From a virus (lineage: Duplodnaviria; Caudoviricetes), in IMG/VR virus record IMGVR_UViG_3300025808_000004, positions 1 through 60,558 of that record: a DNA stretch of 60,558 bases, one strand, 5' to 3'. Below are positions 55,575-60,558 of this stretch, piece after piece. The position numbers and the translations under genes were made by a program. A model generated the notes under the pieces. It ran no database searches. It worked only from the letters and a program-made list of their open reading frames with translations, and had not been told where the DNA came from. Each line of letters begins with the position of its first letter. Position 1 is the first letter of the stretch.

Positions 55575-55762
55575 TGGGTCACCGAACTGATGAAACCTTC
55601 CACTTGGATCGCGCCTCTGCAGATGCAGCCCAAATGGTTAGAGGAACCCTAGGGTATAGCGAAGTTTATCCCCTTGGAGTGTTTCCTTGTAAAGTCAAAC
55701 ATCCTGAGACCAGCAAGGTCGTTGATGGTTGGAGGTCTGTGACGGAGACATACTACGGGTAA
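55574..55762 (+). CDS. hypothetical protein
   Basis: TGATG coupling; followed by the hairpin AACCGGCAG/CTGCCGGTT-TTC. Confidence 0.55.
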   Translation: MGHRTDETFHLDRASADAAQMVRGTLGYSEVYPLGVFPCKVKHPETSKVVDGWRSVTETYYG

Positions 55763-55839
55763 CCGGCAGATAGCACTGCCGGTTTTCTCATTTAACGATA
55801 TGCGCTATAGGTAGCACCTCAGCGTCAACGGGGAACCCC

Positions 55840-58140
55840 ATGAAACATCCACGAATTGCAACCCAAATTTGGGACAAGAAGTATCGCCTAAAAGAGGCAG
55901 ATGGCACTCCCCTCGATGAGACTATCCAGGATACCTGGTTCCGTATCGCTCGAGCACTGGCACTGCCTGAAAAAACTGGCGCAGGCCAGTACACCCAAGA
56001 ATTCTACAATGCCCTTGAGGACTACAAGTTCCTCACTGCTGGCCGCATCACCGCGGGCGCTGGGACCAGCCGTTCAGTCACTCTCTTCAACTGCTATGTC
56101 ATGGGCACCATTCCTGACAGCATGGATGGCATTTTCTCCATGCTACATGAAGCTGCTTTGACCATGCAGCAAGGCGGCGGGATCGGCTATGACTTCTCCA
56201 CAATCCGCCCGAAAGGTGCCGAGGTGAAGGGCGTTGCCGCCGATGCCTCCGGTCCGCTGAGCTTCATGGACGTATGGGACGCCATGTGCCGGACAGTCAT
56301 GAGCGCTGGTGAACGTCGCGGTGCCATGATGGCGACCATGCGTTGTGACCACCCCGACATCGAGGACTTCATCACCGCCAAGAAGGACGCTGCCCGTCTT
56401 CGCATGTTCAACCTGTCCGTCCTCGTGACCGACGACTTCATGGAAGCTGTTCGTCAGGGCAGCAGCTGGGACCTGAAGTTCACCAACCGGCACAGCATCA
56501 CCACGGTCTTCAAGACTGTCCAAGCGCGTGAGTTGTGGAACAAGATCATCCGCACCACCTACGACGTGGCCGAGCCAGGCGTGATCTTCATCGATCGCAT
56601 CAACAAGCTGAATAATCTGGGGTATTGCGAGACCATCGCCTCGACAAACCCCTGTGGTGAACAGCCATTACCGCCCTACGGCGCCTGTCTACTGGGTTCC
56701 ATCAACATGGCCCGTCTGGTATCAATGCCCTTCACGGGAATGGCGGAACTTGACATCGACCAACTGGATCGTTTGGTCGCGACAGCAGTGAGGATGATGG
56801 ACAATGTGGTAGACGTGTCTCTCTTTCCGATCGAACAGCAGGCCATCGAAGCACGTGCCAAGCGTCGGATTGGCCTTGGTGTGACCGGGCTCGCTGACGC
56901 TCTGGCGATGTGCCGTCTCCGCTACGGATCGCCTGAAGCGGTGACTCAAGTCTCAGAGTGGATGGAAGCCATTGCTCTTGCTGCCTATTCTGCGTCGATA
57001 GAACTGGCCAAAGAGAAGGGCCCGTTCCCCATGTTCGACCCCGATGGGTTCCTTCGTGCCGGCTCCTTTGCCGCTGAGCGTCTTCCGCTAGAGATGCAAG
57101 ACGACATTCGTAAGCATGGTATTCGCAACGCTCTGCTAACATCGATTGCTCCCACCGGAACAATCAGCCTCTACGCTGGCAACGTCTCCTCGGGCATCGA
57201 ACCCATCTTCGCCTATGGCTACACTAGAAAGGTCCTTCAGGCTGACGGTAGCAAAGTCGAGGAACAGGTTGTCGACTATGCCGTTGCCCTCTATAAGGAG
57301 CTTTATCCTGGCACAGAGCTTCCTAACTACTTCACGACGGCACAGGAACTCATTCCTGTGGACCACCTCTGCATGCAGGCTGCAGCTCAGCATTGGGTCG
57401 ACAGTTCTATCTCCAAGACAATCAATGTCCCTGTGGACATTTTCTTTGAAGATTTCCGGGAAGTCTATGAAGAAGCCTATCGCTTAGGCTGCAAGGGCTG
57501 CACGACTTACCGGCCCAATGACGTGACCGGATCAGTGCTGGAAGTAACAAAGCCCGACACTCCTGTGATTACCAAGGAGCAGCAGGGTCAGAATACCTCT
57601 ATCTCACACTACCCCAACGGTCGGCCAAAGGTGCTCTCCGGTGAGACCTACAAGCTGAAGTGGCCGAATGAGCCCCACGCATTCTATATCACCTTTACCA
57701 CTCAGGTCGATATGGACAAAGGCACCAAGCGCCCATTCGAGATCTTTATCAACTCCAAAAACGTGGACCACTTCCAGTGGACTGTTGCTCTCACGAGGAT
57801 GATTTCAGCGGTCTTCCGGCGTGGTGGCAATGTGTCCTTTGTGGCCAAGGAACTTCGCGAGGTGTTCGATCCAAAGGGCGGTGCGTTTATGAACGGCAAA
57901 TATGTGCCTTCGTTGCTGGCGGCAATCGGGGACGTAGTGGCTGAGCACATGACAGCAATCGGCTACGGAGACTTCAGACCCAAGTCTGTGACTGTCGTCG
58001 ACCAGTTACCCCCCACTAACTTAGTCTGGGAGTCCGTCCAAGCGCCAAAGCGCTCTTGTCATGATTGCGGGTCCTACAACCTGAAGAGGGAAGCAGGCTG
58101 TGAGGTGTGCAGGGACTGTGGTTCCAGCAGGTGCAGCTGA
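55840..58140 (+). CDS. nrdJ: class II (adenosylcobalamin-dependent) ribonucleotide reductase
   Basis: LFNCYVM, GGGIGYDFS, RRGAMM, HPDIEDF, TNPCGEQPL, IAPTGTIS, SSISKT, KGCTTYR; C-terminal TSCPD domain and Zn ribbon; no nrdB present. Confidence 0.92.
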   Translation: MKHPRIATQIWDKKYRLKEADGTPLDETIQDTWFRIARALALPEKTGAGQYTQEFYNALEDYKFLTAGRITAGAGTSRSVTLFNCYVMGTIPDSMDGIFSMLHEAALTMQQGGGIGYDFSTIRPKGAEVKGVAADASGPLSFMDVWDAMCRTVMSAGERRGAMMATMRCDHPDIEDFITAKKDAARLRMFNLSVLVTDDFMEAVRQGSSWDLKFTNRHSITTVFKTVQARELWNKIIRTTYDVAEPGVIFIDRINKLNNLGYCETIASTNPCGEQPLPPYGACLLGSINMARLVSMPFTGMAELDIDQLDRLVATAVRMMDNVVDVSLFPIEQQAIEARAKRRIGLGVTGLADALAMCRLRYGSPEAVTQVSEWMEAIALAAYSASIELAKEKGPFPMFDPDGFLRAGSFAAERLPLEMQDDIRKHGIRNALLTSIAPTGTISLYAGNVSSGIEPIFAYGYTRKVLQADGSKVEEQVVDYAVALYKELYPGTELPNYFTTAQELIPVDHLCMQAAAQHWVDSSISKTINVPVDIFFEDFREVYEEAYRLGCKGCTTYRPNDVTGSVLEVTKPDTPVITKEQQGQNTSISHYPNGRPKVLSGETYKLKWPNEPHAFYITFTTQVDMDKGTKRPFEIFINSKNVDHFQWTVALTRMISAVFRRGGNVSFVAKELREVFDPKGGAFMNGKYVPSLLAAIGDVVAEHMTAIGYGDFRPKSVTVVDQLPPTNLVWESVQAPKRSCHDCGSYNLKREAGCEVCRDCGSSRCS

Positions 58141-58159
58141 TCGTCGAAGCCGAATAGCA

Positions 58160-58197
58160 CGAAGCCCGAGCGACTTCCAATGTTCCTCGGGCTTCTG
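58160..58197. terminator. hairpin terminator at the convergence of the two genome arms
   Basis: GAAGCCCGAG...CTCGGGCTTC between convergent nrdJ and lysis genes. Confidence 0.6.
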
Positions 58198-58280
58198 TGT
58201 CTGTCTGTGGCAACTTCGGCGAACGTGGCCTATATAGTTGAGTACCGAGTATGTGCCGAATAGCTTGCAGGAGGTTCAGG

Positions 58281-58613
58281 TCACGGCCCACGAGCCATCA
58301 GGGTTTTGAAACCGATAACCAAAAGAGTTGCAATTCCCGAAATTATAAGGGTCATGACGGCAATGGCACTCTTGAATGTTCCGCTTTCCATTGCCTGGCG
58401 CCATTTCCGCAGATGTGAAAGATCGGCCTGAAACTCTTTGTTGGTGAGAAGTATTCGTACCTCGCGCAGTACTAGAAAGTCGTGCTGTACTTCAAAGGGG
58501 CGTGAATAATCAATCCCAAGTTTAATGAGCATTTCCTCGACAATCTTTGAAGCGACTGTTTCTGCAAGTACTTCCATTTGAGCACGAAAAATTTCGTTCG
58601 GGTTATCGGTCAT
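58281..58613 (-). CDS. lysis-module membrane protein (DUF6127-like, putative holin)
   Basis: L.KLGID....EVQ.DF...LR.WR plus one C-terminal TM helix; start at ATG 58613. Confidence 0.55.
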   Translation of the reverse strand: MTDNPNEIFRAQMEVLAETVASKIVEEMLIKLGIDYSRPFEVQHDFLVLREVRILLTNKEFQADLSHLRKWRQAMESGTFKSAIAVMTLIISGIATLLVIGFKTLMARGP

Positions 58614-58727
58614 GAGGTGCCCGTTGTTTTTGTCAGCATAACCCGCATACAACCAGAAGTAGACCAGCAATTATGGTACCAGCGCTTCAAAGCCAGCGAG
58701 CCTGCTGTTACACAGGCTCGCTAGTGG

Positions 58728-58931
58728 TTATTTGGTGCCCCAAACTTTGAACACCCCGCCAGAGATGCCAACGGCCGACAGGAGTGCTGTTGCAGCCCCT
58801 TCGATGCTGACAATCACGTGGATATTGCCGTCCAGGAATTGGTAGTTGAACCAGCCCAAGGCAACCGCCGGAACCGAGCCCAAAATAGTGGACATGATGT
58901 AGACGATCAGGCGGACATAGACGTTGTTCAT
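58728..58931 (-). CDS. small two-TM protein, putative holin
   Basis: Two hydrophobic segments and a basic C-terminus, directly after the endolysin; followed by the hairpin AGCGAGCCTG/CAGGCTCGCT. Confidence 0.6.
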   Translation of the reverse strand: MNNVYVRLIVYIMSTILGSVPAVALGWFNYQFLDGNIHVIVSIEGAATALLSAVGISGGVFKVWGTK

Positions 58932-58946
58932 TAGAAGAACCTTTCT

Positions 58947-59660
58947 TCAGGCTTCGTTGGTCGAAGAGGTTGCGGAGGAAGTCATCGGGGGCAGATTGAT
59001 AGGCTCCCGGTCGTAGGTCATGGGCCAACGGAAGCTTTCCGGTGGACACCGTGACTTGTCGATGGGGGCAACCGAGACCTTGTTGGACTGGTTGCCACCG
59101 AGGGCAAAGTAACGCGTCCTGTCTTGTCCGACCAAGAAGAACACATGGCCGCCCCCGTCCCGTTTGATCGATCCCACAGCCCCATAGGTCGGGGCAGTGG
59201 GAACACCAAAGGTTCGCCAGTTCAAAGCCCAGTAAGGATTGTTCGGAACAGGCTCACCAGGAACGCCAAGGCGGATTGCAGTTTCCACAAAGTCGCCACA
59301 CCAGGGAAGGCGCGCCGGGTCACCCAGAGCATGGTCATCGGAAGCTAGCCAACGCCGAAGAGCCACGTTGTCATAGACCTCATGAAGGTTCATTACCTTC
59401 TTGGCCTCGACAAGCCATGGCAACTCTTTCTCGCCCAAATCAAGGCGAGGTTCATGGAGAAGTCCCCACGTTTGCGGGCCTACCCAGGGCCGCATCTTGA
59501 GGCCCATTGAACGCTTGAACGCCATAATGGTGCTTTCAGTCCGGGGGCCCATAACTCCGTCAAGCGGGCCTGGATCAAACCCGAGGGCTTTGAGGCGCCC
59601 CTGAACAGACCGGACTTCCGCCCGAGTCATTGTAGAGTTGTTAGTTGTGGTAAGTGGCAT
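58947..59660 (-). CDS. endolysin: PG_binding_1 plus TIGR02594-type (NlpC/CHAP-like) peptidase
   Basis: VQ.RL.ALGFDPGPLDG..GP.T; PWCGDFV, ALNW..FG, GGGHV.F, LGGNQSN.V. Confidence 0.88.
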   Translation of the reverse strand: MPLTTTNNSTMTRAEVRSVQGRLKALGFDPGPLDGVMGPRTESTIMAFKRSMGLKMRPWVGPQTWGLLHEPRLDLGEKELPWLVEAKKVMNLHEVYDNVALRRWLASDDHALGDPARLPWCGDFVETAIRLGVPGEPVPNNPYWALNWRTFGVPTAPTYGAVGSIKRDGGGHVFFLVGQDRTRYFALGGNQSNKVSVAPIDKSRCPPESFRWPMTYDREPINLPPMTSSATSSTNEA

Positions 59661-59716
59661 ACAATTCTCCTTAGCTTAAGGCCAATCTGTGCAGGTTCAT
59701 CTGTCATCATTGCCCC

Positions 59717-60001
59717 TCATTTGATCTGCCTGTAGTTGTCTAGCACAATCCAGGCATAGAGCACACACCCGGCCCCAAGCAGGGCCGGTGCATATTTGCC
59801 ACCAAGATAGTAGATCACCACCGCAGCAACACCCATAGCGAAGACCTTGACCAGCATCAGCCCGGCAACAACACCAAGCTGCTGCATGATCCACACCACC
59901 ACAGAGTTGTTTTCATGCCCGCCTTGCCGCAGGACCCTCATGGTAGTCCAGTAGTCTGCGATCTGCAAGACGATCAAAATGCCGAGTAGAATTTCTGTCA
60001 T
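59717..60001 (-). CDS. DUF5658-like membrane protein
   Basis: LQIAD.WTT..VL..GG.E.N.V; three hydrophobic segments; GAGGAG RBS. Confidence 0.65.
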   Translation of the reverse strand: MTEILLGILIVLQIADYWTTMRVLRQGGHENNSVVVWIMQQLGVVAGLMLVKVFAMGVAAVVIYYLGGKYAPALLGAGCVLYAWIVLDNYRQIK

Positions 60002-60013
60002 GGCGTCATCTCC

Positions 60014-60558
60014 TCATACCATGGTTGACCATCTGCCGACGGCGTGCAGATGAACCACGTCGGCACGGCGGGCGTCAGTCTTGTCGCGGGCGCTGAAAGT
60101 GACAGCGGTTATAGTGGGGGCTGCATCGAAGCATAGAGTTGACAGCACCGTGGCAACGGCGTTTCCCGTCACCACTGGCCCTTCGATGAATGCAGCCGGA
60201 AAGGTCCATGTCACCGCCGCGCCCGAGGCCGCGTTCATGGTCCGTCGGCATTCCATCAAACCGCTGGCAAACTTGGTGTAACGCCCATTGGCATTGCTGC
60301 CGCTTTCGATCACCGCCCCGGTCGGCACCCCGGCGCTCTGACTGACAACGCCCAGCATGGTTTTCTGGGAATGGACCATATACCATGGGGACCATGCCCC
60401 TGCGACATAGGACCGAATCCACATGCGCCCGTCGTCAGTCGTCCATATCTGCCCGGCCCGAACCCCGCCTGGATACATGCTCACGCTCAGATAGCCATAG
60501 GCGTAGGGCTTGGTGCCGGTGCTATCGTTTCCGGCAAAATAATGACCCGTCGGCAGGG
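60014..60558 (-). CDS. tail fibre C-terminal part (knob-like domain plus gp53-like C-terminus); open to the right edge
   Basis: The frame is open upstream of 60484 (LPTGHYFAGNDSTGTKPYAYGYLSV); WSPW, GVPTGAVIESGSNANGRYTKFASG..EC, WTFPAAF, AVGRW. Confidence 0.8.
   Translation of the reverse strand, partial: LPTGHYFAGNDSTGTKPYAYGYLSVSMYPGGVRAGQIWTTDDGRMWIRSYVAGAWSPWYMVHSQKTMLGVVSQSAGVPTGAVIESGSNANGRYTKFASGLMECRRTMNAASGAAVTWTFPAAFIEGPVVTGNAVATVLSTLCFDAAPTITAVTFSARDKTDARRADVVHLHAVGRWSTMV

Noticed and set aside
1-60558. Temperate lifestyle, DGR/retron, 7-deazaguanine pathway, or introns/inteins in terL, polymerase or nrdJ
   Set aside because: I recognised no integrase, CI-like repressor, reverse transcriptase or que/dpd genes; the large genes are continuous and lack intein termini

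Overview
The window is a near-complete ~60.6 kb lytic siphovirus genome, most likely infecting Rhodobacterales. The minus-strand arm (24 kb leftward to 1, continuing from 60558 leftward) holds the packaging, head, tail and lysis genes. These include the four RcGTA-like tail-tip genes (DUF2460, DUF2163, NlpC/P60, megatron) and a DUF2793 fibre gene that is split across the two window ends. The plus-strand arm (24.4-58.1 kb) holds small early genes under sigma70-type promoters, a candidate origin, ligase, DUF2800 nuclease, DUF2815 SSB, family A polymerase, SNF2-like helicase, a nucleotide cassette, DenV and a class II RNR; the primase-helicase sits in this arm on the minus strand. I found no integrase, repressor, tRNA or CRISPR array. 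The most notable observations are: (1) eight mostly unrelated proteins, most of them DNA-associated, end in the same acidic D-P-[L/T]-x C-terminal motif written with different codons; (2) a thymidylate-synthase homologue has Asp at the Asn177 specificity position and sits with DHFR, dCMP deaminase and a MazG-like/kinase fusion, which predicts a cytosine-modified (probably 5mC) genome; (3) a ~190-nt structured RNA with a kissing loop and a terminator lies directly upstream of the polymerase; (4) a ~1.1 kb CCG/CGG-free, CpG-poor segment follows the putative genome end; (5) repeated AUG(G)-loop hairpins lie upstream of the scaffold and capsid genes; (6) an early protein carries a beta-clamp motif. 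All family assignments come from motif recognition by eye, not database searches.
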